From Auanema rhodensis (lineage: Eukaryota; Animalia; Nematoda): a DNA stretch of 64,000 nt. The stretch spans positions 7,440,001 to 7,504,000 of the forward strand of contig OZ059896.1 of the NCBI GenBank assembly GCA_964057225.1, written 5' to 3'. The notes beneath the pieces were generated by a model, which saw only the letters and a list, made by a program, of their open reading frames with translations, was not told where the DNA came from and searched no databases. Of this stretch, positions 51,427 to 64,000 are shown one piece after another. Every line of letters starts with the position of its first letter. Positions within the stretch are counted from its first letter, which is position 1. The translations under genes and the position numbers were made by a program.

Positions 51427-54400
51427 TGTGTACAAGCTCGGAGAGAGAGAGAGAGAGAAAGAAAATGTATAGACTATGGAAAGGCAAAAAGTATGAAATA
51501 CAAAAGAGTGATAGAGAAGAATGATATACAATGAGCGGTCAAGATAGCTAAAAGAAGCGAAAAAACAGAGATGTGGGAACCGGATGGGTAAAAACGCTTG
51601 TTTCCTTCCCTTTACTGTCCTTCTAACCTCCCTGAGGGCAAACAAATGGTTCAAGGGGCAAAGGGAAAGAGATTGAGATACAGACAGAACGCAAGCAATG
51701 AAAGCTTGGAAAAGAGATTGTCACAAAGACACAGAAGATGAAACATTATGCATCAAAGGATTCCTGTAGCACTGATCCAATACAATGACTAGAGTGGTTG
51801 GCCTGATGGTGAAGCTTTGTGGTTCGGCATCAACACACATACACAGACACTAGCTAATACATTTCTCGATTTAACATTTCAAACGAGTGAAATGGAGCTC
51901 CTAAATAAAAGTCAGTTTAAAGATGATGACCCAGAAAAAGGACAATTTTTTATGCCATCTGTCCCCAGCAGGTCATCAAGCCAGACTCAGGTAAGAACAA
52001 AGAAAATTGGTTAGTTGATGGTAGTTGACTGGGGGTCGGACAACCAAGTGAGCGCCGCCGGGTCGAAGTTAAATCTTTGTCTTCGTTTAGCATTTCAATA
52101 CTAATTCTCTTCATGCTTAGTACTATTTCATATTGTCTATCTTTTCATCTGAAAACTATGTCTGTAGTGGAAGTGAGAGTGTGGGTGGAGACAGAGGAAG
52201 ATGAAACTGCAGGTCAGCCATTCAAGGAATTATCGTTGTGTAGAAACATTGCGATAGAAAAGGAGAATGTGAAGGTGGATCAAGATACATATGAACCCGA
52301 TAGTTCAGTTTAAAGTGAAAGGACACACGACGCGTGCGGCCAACAGAATCTTGCAAAAGGACCTCATCATCATCAGCAGTAAAAGCAATGGACGACACAC
52401 GAATGGACAACGCCGAACAGCATATTTCGCACCCACGACTATCTCATCTCCATCTTTTCAATGAAGACCATTAAAAATATGTACAATAATGAGATAAAGA
52501 AAAGTACATGATGAAAGATTCACAACTTCAACGATTAGCTTCAGATTTTCGGATTAAAACGAAACAGAATTGCTTTCTTCGTTTTAGTGAACCTTCACCA
52601 AGAATTTGTTGTAGTGAGAATGGTTCATCAGTTTTTCGAACAACAATTTCGAAAGATATACTGATGTGAATCAATCTCTTATCTAAATTACAGATAATTC
52701 TTGAGAACAGTAGGAAAAGGTGGGTGGGAGCTTCAGGATTGTTTGCCAAAAAAAAAATTTTTTTTTTCATTTTTTTACGTTTTTTAGCTGTGCAAATGTG
52801 ATGCATGTTGTGATAGGTAAAAAGTAATAGAGAAAATAGGAAATGAAAAAGACGACAGACAGGGAGGCAAATCACGGGAGCAATTGTTGATCAGAAGGGG
52901 GGAGGGGGGATATATGAACAAAAGGGGAGTTGAAAAAAAGGCTTCTGAACGACGCCGCACAAAATACAGATTCAAAAACAGAAGGAACACCCATATGAGA
53001 GCAGACAAAGGCAAAAATAACAAATAGAAATAAAGAAAAAGGAGTAAACGAGCAGGAAAGGCAAGAAGTCAGACATTAGAGATGCAAGATGTCGATGTCG
53101 ATGTCGCTGTCGTCGTCGTCGTCAACTGCAAGACAACGACTGTAGCAACGACGAAGCAGATATATTCATTGTATTCGCTACTTTGTAACATCTGATTTGA
53201 GTTGCGAATCAGAAAAGCACAAAAATGGAATAGGGATTAACAGAAAAATTTTCGAAAGAAACAGAAGTGAAGTTGAAAAAGTGAAATAAAGTTCAAGTTT
53301 ACTATATGCATAAAGTATTGAATATACATACGAATATGAGACTATATAAAACTTAGAATTATTAAATATTTTGTTTTAAATATTATATAAAAGCTATATA
53401 CATATATATATATATATATATTATATAATATATAGTAGCTTATATACGGTAACTACTAACTCACTACTTGAGGGCGCCCGAGAGAGAGAGAGAGAGAGAG
53501 AGAAATTTTTTTGAGCTAAAAATGGATTCGAGTACGGAAGGAAAATGAGTTCAATTGAAAACAATAAGATTATTGTGTGCATAGTTAACATGAAATACAA
53601 ATTCGTTTATAATTATTTCGTATGACGATTATCGATATTGAAGTTCAGACGACTAAATTGGCAGGGTTGAAGCAATGACAGAGGGTGTAAGCTTTGCTAG
53701 TAAAATGAAGACCTTTATGATTAAGGGATAAGTAGTAGCAGTAGTATCTATATATTATCTATATCTATGTATATGTATAGATATACATAACTATACATAA
53801 CTATATATATATATATAGTTATAATAGTTAGGGCATGATTAGTATAGATGAATATGTTTAAATGAAAAAAAAATAATTCTATGAATTATAAAGTTATAAT
53901 AAGTTTAAATTAAATGGTTTTGATTATAATATTTTAGAATATAAATCAGAGGATTTTTCTTGTTGATGAAAGAAAAGAATGAAAGATTATTTGTAATTGA
54001 AACAGATCGAAATGCAAGCCGAAGAAGCTGAACAAGACCTTCGCCAGGTATGTTGTTTCCTATTTCACCTCACATGTTGTACTTCTCACCCTGCTATCTT
54101 TGGCAACGACAATCAGGGGGCGGGGTTGTTCTCTCTCTCTCTCTCTCTCTCTCTATTGTTGTCTATAAATGGCAACAGCGACGACAACGACAATTGATAG
54201 TATTGAAGATGCTGAAAAACGTTTAAGTTAAGATATTATAAGCATAATATATATAATATATCTATACATATACATATATATTTGGAATATTGCCAAAAAT
54301 ATTTGATCTTTTCTTTTATATTCGAATAGAGAAGCTTATAACTTATTTGATATTCATATGTTGTATGTATATTTATAATAAATAAAATTATATTTTCTAA

Positions 54401-56703
54401 TACCACTTGTAATTAACTATGTTATACCCTATACCATCAGAAGTATGCAACGACAACGACGACGACTGCTATGCTGATAATCAGCCAGGCATGATTGTGA
54501 GAACGGTGGAAGCAACCTCAAAACAATTAATATTATAAATCATATAATATATATAAATTATAAAAATATAAGAAAAAAAAAGCTTGAGAATAAAAATAAT
54601 TGTATGAAACATTAATATACAAAAATGAAGCAATTGAATGTATACAGGGTTAGTTCAAAACAAAAAAAAAGGATAAATATATATAAATATATATATATAA
54701 TATATAATATAACTGATAAAATATGCCTGAGAATTTTGTTCAATTTTCAGGTATTTCGTTTTAATTAATTCAAAACAAGCATATTCAAAGTGGAAACTGT
54801 GTGAGCAATTGCTATGAAGCCGTGAACGGAGATCGAGAAGGGCTACATGTGTGATAAAAAGATTAATAAAATCTATGAATCTTATACATCTACATGTAAT
54901 AGATTTAAGAAAATATTATGTATAACTTATATAGTTTCTATCTAATCTTGAATAGTTAGTAAATTATCATTTACAAGGTTATTGTTATTATTAATATTTT
55001 GAATTTCTATTATAAACAGGTGAATATATAAGACAAAATAAACTTTGAACATATGACTATTATAATCTAATATGATATTTGCAAAAAACCGTTAAGCATT
55101 TCTGATGGATTAAAATGAAATTCGTTTTGCTTAAAAATAAAAAAAATTGGATAATTAGAAAGGTGTTGAGGTGTCTCTTTCAATTATTCGTTTTGAAAAC
55201 AAAACAAAACAAAAAAATTATACAAATAATTAATATAATTAACTTTGATATTGATTGTTGATAAAGTCAATAAATTCTAAAATTTAACTTTTTTTTTTCA
55301 TTTAAGACGATATTACGAATTCTAATAAACAACTCTTAATGAATCCATATTATCTACGTCATAAGCTCTATATCTTCTCTTATAATATGAATGGAAAGAT
55401 CAAATGTGTTTGGCGATATTCCAAAAGGTTCATTGACTTTGAAAAGGATTTACATGTCATATGTATATTATATGAATTTATAAGATAATAAAGATAAATT
55501 AGAAAATCATCTTTCTTATTTCTTTTCTGTGTTCTTCAATCTTTCAATTTTTTTTATTTTTTGATAATAATCGCCTTTGATTAAAATCAAAAAATGAAAT
55601 CGAAGAAGAGCATAGAACACAGATGAGAAGAGAAGGTTGTTACCTATGATGATGATGGTGTTGATTCTAAGAAAGTTTTAGAAAAGGTTATAGAGAGGTG
55701 GTAAAGCTTATAACATGAACATGAAGCATATATCAAATATAAAGGTAATGTAGAATGTGAAATCATAAACCAAAGAATCACAACATCTTTTTTTTGACGA
55801 ATTAAGTGAGAGAGAGAGAGAGAAGGGGATGTATAAAGGATAGGGTAAATGTAATTTCAATACGTATGTTCATACATACACATGTATATGATATGTTGTC
55901 GTTTTGATCTCCAAGCTTCTATAGACTAGGACAATAATCAGGCTTAAGATTGGCCTTTGAGCTGTATAGCTGATTTTCTGTATACAAGTTTATGAGATAT
56001 GTTTAAGAATTTAGTATCTATAATATATATTATTTATTATATAATATAAAGGGATTTATATGTTAAATGTTATAAAAACGTATTGGTCAGTAAGAAAATT
56101 TCCATTTGAAATGCTAAGATCATCATCAACAGATGATAAATAGTATCATGTGTTTTCTTCTAAATTGAATATCATACTAAATGTCTTATCATTTTGGGAT
56201 TAGAATGATAATGACGATGTGCATGAAGGAAACTGTCTTTTTTTATTTTTCGTAGAAATAACAAAAGAGCCATTGCAGCTGAATAAGGCGGATTACAGCT
56301 AACCTGGTGTTTTCTCTTTCAAGCACAACTATCTGAGTTGAATTAAGTGGGGAATGGAGGGGGATCAAGGAACCTGTAGAGATTCAAACATAATTTTCAA
56401 AATGAACAATACAGAGAGATACAGAGAGATAGAAAGAAAGATCGGGGAAATGAAAATGATAGAAAAACTGAGATAGTAGTTAGGTGTTGTGGATGTCATA
56501 AGGAGAAAAAGAGAAAATGATGAAGCTATAAACTCAAGAATTATATGCTTTGTCTGCAAGCTTCATGTATGTCCTTTTCATGAAGAACAGAAGCTGAGAA
56601 TCAAGACATGATTTTGAAGCAGCCTAAGCGTTAAGCCTATTGTGATATCAGCAGCGGATGTCAATAATATACTACTTTCACCTCTTTTTCTTTCAAATCC
56701 CTT

Positions 56704-56738
<35 letters not shown>

Positions 56739-57054
56739 ATACTCTCTTTATTCCTTCACTTCTACCTTTATCACTGTTTATCATTCTGACTCTTTCCTTT
56801 TCTCGAATCCAAGAATAAAATAAAAATTGATGGAGAAAAGCAAAGGGAGGAGCGGAAAGGAAAATAGTTGATTTGTGTGGCTTCAGATGTTCTGACGAAG
56901 CTTCATGTATAACCCGCCGTTTTATTGTTCGTTTTGAATCTATTTGTGAACAGCTGAAGAATCATGCATAATATGAGTTGTTAAACTGATTTCAGAATAC
57001 ATCTGAGTGTGATGATCGATCAGAGAGATAAACAGAGAGATTGAGCTAGATAGG

Positions 57055-57063
<9 letters not shown>

Positions 57064-57132
<69 letters not shown>
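57064..57132. repeat. (AG)n microsatellite
   Basis: Direct read; shorter GA/CT tracts recur throughout 30-64 kb. Confidence 0.95.
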
Positions 57133-57137
<5 letters not shown>

Positions 57138-60100
57138 GTTGTATACGCAGTTCATGAATCAAAAGCAAATGAAAGAAAAAGATATATAAAGTTAGGAAAC
57201 AAAAACGAAATGAAAATCACAAAGACTTATCGTTTATACCAAAAATAGAAATTATTTGTCTGAAAATAGATGGTGAATTCATGAAATTCTAAGTCCTGCT
57301 ATTTGCACATTGAGCTTTTTAGATCATTTTTTGATAGAAATTGTGTATATCAACTCAAATCTTTGATTATTATGAAGTATAAATGTGAGTTTTTCAAATT
57401 TTTTATGATATGTTATCATACTAATCAAAGAATATATGAAAAGAATGTGTATATACTATGTATGTATACTATATGTACATATAAAGTATTTCATAGTTCT
57501 TATTTCAAAAATAGGACTTCTCTTTATTTTATATAAAATAACAAACAAAACCGTTTGTTTTGTTAACAATATATACATAGTATATAGTATATATTTTCAT
57601 ATTTTGTATGAATTATCTAGTTTAAATATAAGAGATTATGGCTGTTAAAACATTAAAAAAAGTCACAAAAACTTGGAATTTTAAAATATAAATATAAAGA
57701 TATAATTAAATAAATTCTTATTATTTAAAATATTTAAAAGAAGAGATATGCCCCTCAAATTCAGGAAGTAGATGTAGATATGTATACTGAAGAATTACCT
57801 TTCATTTCATCAAATTTATTCATTGAATAGCACGTCTGATCTAATCGCACTTACTATATATAGAGTAATTCAACAGAATTTTTCCCAGCCCTTAAAGGAA
57901 AAAAAAAGAAGAAGAAAGAGAAGATGAAGAAAGGATTTCTGTCGTCTACATGTTTCTTTTCCTCAAAAATGATATTTTTGTTACCAAAATCTCTTCAATA
58001 CGGTAATTATACAGAAAATAAGAGATAAGGAGGGAGGAGGGGTAGCAAATAGCTGAACAGACAAACTGAAATAGATAAATATATATTAGATAGAATATAT
58101 AATATAGGTATACATACATGTATATATATATATATAAATACATGAATGTGTCTTTCTTTACTTCTATCTCTCTCTCTATCTCTCTCTCTCTCTCTCACTC
58201 TCTCTCTCTATGTCCAGTATACCATGTGTGTATGATATCAATAGCCTGAGGGCATATTAGTCTTGTTTAAATAGTACATCTCTATATAGAAAGAGAGAAG
58301 GACAAGAGTCGAAAATTAGCCTCCATACCCTCCGCCTTCTCTCCCGTCCTTTGCTTGCCTCGTTCTTCCTACCTACCAACAGCATAAATGACGATTGAAA
58401 TGTTTGTTTATGATAAAAAGATCATCATTAGAACGTTGGACTTGTGATAAAAAGAAAATCAAATAATCTTTTTGTATAGTATTATATAACTGTCTATGAA
58501 AAGAAGAAGAAAAAGAAGAAAAAATTATTATTTACTTATTATCTTTTAATTTTTTTATGATTTAGGTTTACTTTTAAATGGAATCCCTCTCTCTCTTCCT
58601 CTCTTTATACGATATTATGAGGGATATAGGTATATGTTGAGAGAGATTTTACTTTTTATTCAAAATGCTTTACCTCTCATACATTCCATCTGATATTAGA
58701 TCTTGTTCTTTTCTTCCAGAGTTTGATTGTTTCTTGTCTTGTTTTCAGTTTTCGAAAAATTAGTAAAGCAAAAATGAAAAACATTATTATAATTGAAAGA
58801 TCTATAGGTTATTACCTATTATATAATATTTCACGTGAAAAAATGGATTATAAATCTCAAAATGATCCGAAAAGAAAGTTGAGAGCTTTGTTATTGCTCT
58901 AATCTAATTTCAACCATTTCTGTCTTTTTTCTCTTTTTTTTCGTTTAATTTATGTGAAAAAAAAGTTTGTCAATTGATAAGAAAGATGATTTTTACCTTA
59001 TAATAGTTAGAAAGTACTATATAACTATATAAGAATATAGATTATTTATATTAAAAATTGAAAAATATTAGAAAAGTTATAAAGAATTTAAATTTAAAGT
59101 TTTAGAAGTATATCAATTAAATATACAAATGATGTACATTTATATATTCAATTGAAATAATTTGAGTTAAACGATTTGAGTTGAAAAGACAAATGATTTC
59201 GGAAGTGACAATCTGAGGCCGAATTTGATAAACATGAAGGCTAGCGACTTGATTTGGTTTTACACCTGGTGATAGACGAAAGGGATTGTTTGTTGTGCTG
59301 GTGCAAACTCAAATTAGCTTTCATACGGCTCATAAATGGCATCAGGCTTCAGATATTCTAGTATTTTGAGGGTAAAACGAGGGAAGCATGAAAAAAAGAA
59401 AAAAAAGCAAAGAAACGAAAAAATTGGTTATAAGAGGGAAAAAAAGAAATGATTACATGCCAAATATGATGACTATCTGATACATCGTCTTACGTTCATG
59501 ATAGCTTCTAATGAAAAATTGGAATGTAAAGTTAAAGCTGATTACAATACTTCCAACTGTTGAATATAGATGATTTTCTGAAAAAAAAATAAAGTTTACG
59601 ATGAAAAATATCATAAAAGAATGAAATAAATGAATAAGAAAAACCACAAAAAAATTATTTGAAATGAAAAAATCGGATTGAAAAGAGATCAGTTGAGATA
59701 AGTATGATCAATATAGGAAATAAACTGAAATTACAGAACAATAAATTGAATATTTCATATAAAAATAAAACAAATGAAAGATTGAGAATAGATTTTTTTT
59801 AAAAAAAAAGAATCTGCTATATTTCTGGAAAATTATAAACAAAATTGAAATGATGATGATATTATGATTAGAGTTCTGATGATATGTTCATAGATAGAAG
59901 TGAAGATGATGATGATGATAATAGCAAGGAAAAGAAGGAAATTTATAAATTAAATTGGTAAAGAAAATTGGAAAATTATTTTTACAGAAAAATGAATTTA
60001 TATTGAAAATGTACGTGATATGTACTTGATGAAGCATACATATCAAAGGATAGGTGTTAAGGTTTGGTTTTTGACTTTGAAAGCTTGAATACATTCAGAA

Positions 60101-63100
60101 GATAATTATGAAATGGGGATAAAGAAGAAATAACAAATAAATAATATAGTTAAGATATATTGATTATATTTAAATAAATATATAAAGTTAAAGTTTAATA
60201 AAAATTGATAAAGAAAAAAGAAAAATATCATAAGAAGGAGAAAATGAGTAGATGAGCAGAATTAGTATTTAAGGACGAAAAAGAAGAAAATGAAAGAAGA
60301 GTAATGAAGAGATAATATGGGATAATGTGAGGGAAAACTACAAGCTTTATATACAATTGATTAAAGATATGAATCATGTAATCCACGTGCATGTCATCAG
60401 TAAGAACTGAAGACTTAGATTAGATATTAAGGAGATTCAAAAGGTAGAGAGCAAGAAAATGAAATATAATATTCAATAGAGAGAGAGAGAGAGAAAGAGA
60501 GAGTAAAAGAGAATTAAGAGAGTGAACGAAGGAAGAGCCAAAAAAAATCTGAGAATATATCATATTTCTTAGGATTAACTTGGTGGAAGACACCATCGCT
60601 TAGCTAAATATGTATGAGCGAACAGTTCGTTTTGCTGTCGGCTAAAGGCTAAAGCGCTTCGGGGCAGGACGGGAAAGCTGATGATGATTCCAGAGAAGGC
60701 GATCGCTGTTGTTGATTGCGATTCGACGTCAGCTGAATGAGAGAAAGAAAGACATGTAGTAGGGATATGGTATAGGCTATATAGAAGTCACAGAATTTAT
60801 CCCCTCCACCTCCCCTCTCTCTTTCTCTCTCGAATATTCTTTCTTTTACTACTTGTCTTTCTCTTTTTGAAGTTTTACAAACTCTTTACTATATATGTTT
60901 ATAAAACATTATTATATAACTATATAAGATTGTGATTGAATTCAATAAAATACAAAAAAAAAGTGGAAAAAGAGACAGAAATTGAAGATAGAACTATTGC
61001 CGGATAACAACAGCTTTGACATTATCTTGCATTTTACTGTAGTAGACTGGAATTCCGTAGTATTCAATGCTTTCCAGCTTGAAACTGATGCAAGCTAATC
61101 CAAAGCATGTGATAACTCCATTTGCTATTCGTCTTGTGAGTAATTGCAGATTTTTCAATAGAAAAGCTGGATGACTTCAGTGGAATATGATTGGATAATG
61201 GATTGTTATTGAAGCCAAGTAAATGACATCGGAAGGAGCAAAATACTATTAAAGGCTTCTTCTTGTTTTTGGCAGCATGTGAAATGATAATGGCAACAAC
61301 GTGCAAGCTGAGGATTTTGCAAATTTACTTGTACATCATCGTTTTCGCGCATTTCTATCACAAACGACGTTGTCTGACTTTTGGTCAACAAGAGGCTATC
61401 TTGTTCTGAAGCTTCTAAGAGAGTATAACCGAACCATTTTTTTCTTCTAAAGATCAAGAAACACTTGGAATATAAGATAGGTGTTACAAAAGAAAATTAA
61501 AACAAATACATCAAAAGTAGAAGAAAGAGTTCATTCTTTTGATTTAGAGGGAAAGAGTTGAGAGGGTGTTCGGGTGCTGATGTCGACAAGGACATCTAAC
61601 ATCGACCACAGGAGCTTTCAAAGACCGGTTTCATCCTCGAAACTATCGTTCGTTCCATCGGATGCCTAACATCCCTATCCCTGTAGCAACTACCTCTCTT
61701 AGTCTTGTAGTGTCTCTTACTCTCACTCTCTTTTCTTTTATCTCATTGTTTTCTTTCTTTCTCTCCAACAATCTTTCCCCAGACTATCTCATGAAATCCT
61801 CGACGTGGTCATTTCAGGCATCTATCCTCTCAACTTCTAGTACTCGAACACCAACGACCGAAAACGTCAGTTTCGTTTAATGTCAAACGAAACAGCTATT
61901 ATAAGCTTATGTTGTTTATACGATTTGTCTTCTGAATACTACTACTACTTGTATAACTACTTCAACTACAGCTTCAAACACTAATAATTCTGTTATGAGA
62001 AACGTTTGGTACATCAACACCTTTTGCAGCCAAACAATCCAAAATCCCAAAAATCTCAATAATAACCTTCTTGAATTAGTCTGATAAGCTGGAGTTAATA
62101 AGTTGAGAACAAGAAAATATGTATAAAAGTAAAAAGGAAAACCGAGATGAAGGGGGACGAGAGTGAGAGACGACGAGAATTGAATACGAACCGTGTGAAC
62201 GACAGGTGGATCGTATGGAACAACATATCGCCAAAACAGGTAAAAATAATTTCAGCAGAATATTATTCTGAAAATGAATATAGAAGCGGAATAAATGTAC
62301 GACAAAGGAAAAGCTGTTGCGACTGTTGGCCCCTCTGTTGATCTGAGAAAAATGTGAGAACAAGGTGGACAATATAGCCGAGAAAATGTTTGTTTTTTTT
62401 TGTAGAAAAGAAAAAAGAAAAAATATAATAATGAAAAAAAAAGAATAATTCCAAGAAAAAATAATGAATAGAAATAATAAATAAAAAAAATATAAATTAT
62501 AATATTTTTTCTGTTGAAAAAATAAATAAATAAAGACTTGATGGTCAACAAAATGTTCGAGATTTTAAGTTTATAAGAATATCAATTTAAATTATTTTTA
62601 ATAAAATAAAAAGGTTAAAACTAAAAAAAAAATTAATTATAACATTAATACTATTCCTACTATGGAATAATTTTAATTTGGCGTAATATTTTCAAATAAA
62701 AATGTTTGAATTGTGACGTAATGATTGATATAGAAAGTAAAGATAATTAAAATAGTAATAACGTAGAAAGAAAGTTCAAAATAGATTGGCGGACTGGCTT
62801 TTTTGATCATGTCACTTCGCTAAGACTAGCGAGTAGATGTTCCAAAAAGTTTTCCATGAGGTTCGATAACCTGTACAGATTAGAGAAGAACGGGTCGACT
62901 AGCCGTTGGATTTCACTAGCGTTTGTCTGTGATCTCTGAGTTTAACCGTCTATTTTCGTACAAAAAGGCCGGGGGGCAATACAGGTTATGGCTAAAGACT
63001 AAAGAGAGGTGGAGATCTGTCCGGTTGTTGGCGGGCTGACTGGGCTGGAAAGGGGGGGGGGGTGTAGGGGCAAACTGACTGGATGACTCTTTGCGAGGAA

Positions 63101-63538
63101 TGGATGAAGGTGATGACGACGGTCAGTTTGGCTGACGGAATGGTGATGGAAATGTGACATTGGAGAGAATTAGAGAAAAACAGAAAAATACAAATGCTTA
63201 GCAAGAGAATTGAAGAAGAAAAAGATTCAGATGGAAAGCCTTGATGAAACCATGAACGTGAAGAAGAAGCGTAGTAGATGCGAGAAGATGAATCGGTCAG
63301 AAGCCGGCTAATTGCAAAAGTGGTAGAAAGGGGGGGGGGGGTGAGAGAAAACAGAAAACTGGATGTCTATGTTAGGATACGAGAATAGTCTTGGGGGCAT
63401 TTTAGAAATTGGGAATCTTTCTTGCGAAAGAAATCTGAAGATATAATCATAATCATCGTACGTTGTTGCACATTTACATTAAAAAAGTAGAGAGAGGAAA
63501 GAGAGAGTGAGAAAGAGAGGGAGAAAGAGAGGGAGAAA

Positions 63539-63588
<50 letters not shown>

Positions 63589-64000
63589 AGGTAAATTTGA
63601 GAAAAATTGAGTGATTGAGTGTTAAAGGAGGGAATATAATGATAGAGGTAGAACACGACGTAGATGGACTTCTTTTAAGGTTCTATTAAAAGTGAAAAAT
63701 ATTTTTGAGCAAATTCTTTGTTTAGATACTGCCAGCTTCCAAATCAGAGAGCAAGTTAAGTTTCCGGATGAAGCTCTTTGCTACCAAAATGAAGAAAGGC
63801 GTATGCTAATACGGAAAAGCTGAAGAGGTTGAATTAGACAATACGAATTCGCAGGATGAAGACAAGGAAAACGCGATAGATGATCTGTAATCGAATTAGA
63901 CAGTCAGAGTTCTTTTGAAAATCACAAGCATAGAGATTCTGATGCCAAATACGGAAATTCGTCAGCTAGAAGAACTTCGAAGCATCATATCCCTTTTCCG

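Noticed and set aside
56621-56639. Telomere-complementary AGCCTAAGC/TAAGCCTA
   Set aside because: Short matches expected by chance; no array and no associated structure.
62787-62872. Second A/B-box Pol III element
   Set aside because: Both boxes deviate from consensus, and a T6 run lies between them.
34500-64000. Numerous Phe/Leu/Ser-rich or ER/SL-repeat ORFs in the ORF track
   Set aside because: Products of pyrimidine-rich intronic DNA and microsatellites, with no domains or consistent splice phases (except exons 47341-46851 and 45290-45174).

Overview
AT-rich eukaryotic DNA with many ~40-55 bp GT-AG introns, consistent with a rhabditid (clade V-like) nematode. The ORF track is mostly exon fragments or noise, so I traced gene models by hand from splice sites. 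The left ~27 kb is gene-dense. On the minus strand lie an orphan gene, wsp-1 (WASP), a ZNF106-like double zinc-finger gene, nprt-1 (NAPRT) and the 5' half of atic-1 (ATIC/PurH). On the plus strand lie hgrs-1 (Hrs/Vps27) and a CPYC glutaredoxin, followed by a convergent saposin-like gene. The right ~37 kb is one large minus-strand NR2C (TR2/TR4, nhr-41-like) nuclear receptor locus with a 10.7-kb intron, many microsatellites and GC-rich islands carrying repeated DR1 and AP-2-type motifs. The best-supported hidden feature is in an nhr-41 intron: a degenerate tRNA-like Pol III module (perfect A and B boxes) fused to a box C/D snoRNA that matches 18S rRNA at the U61/SNORD61 site, ending in a T4 terminator. 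Other points of interest are a WH1-less WASP isoform from an internal first exon, a structured element in the last NAPRT intron, a speculative template-plus-pseudoknot element upstream of NAPRT, and frequent AAG splice acceptors.
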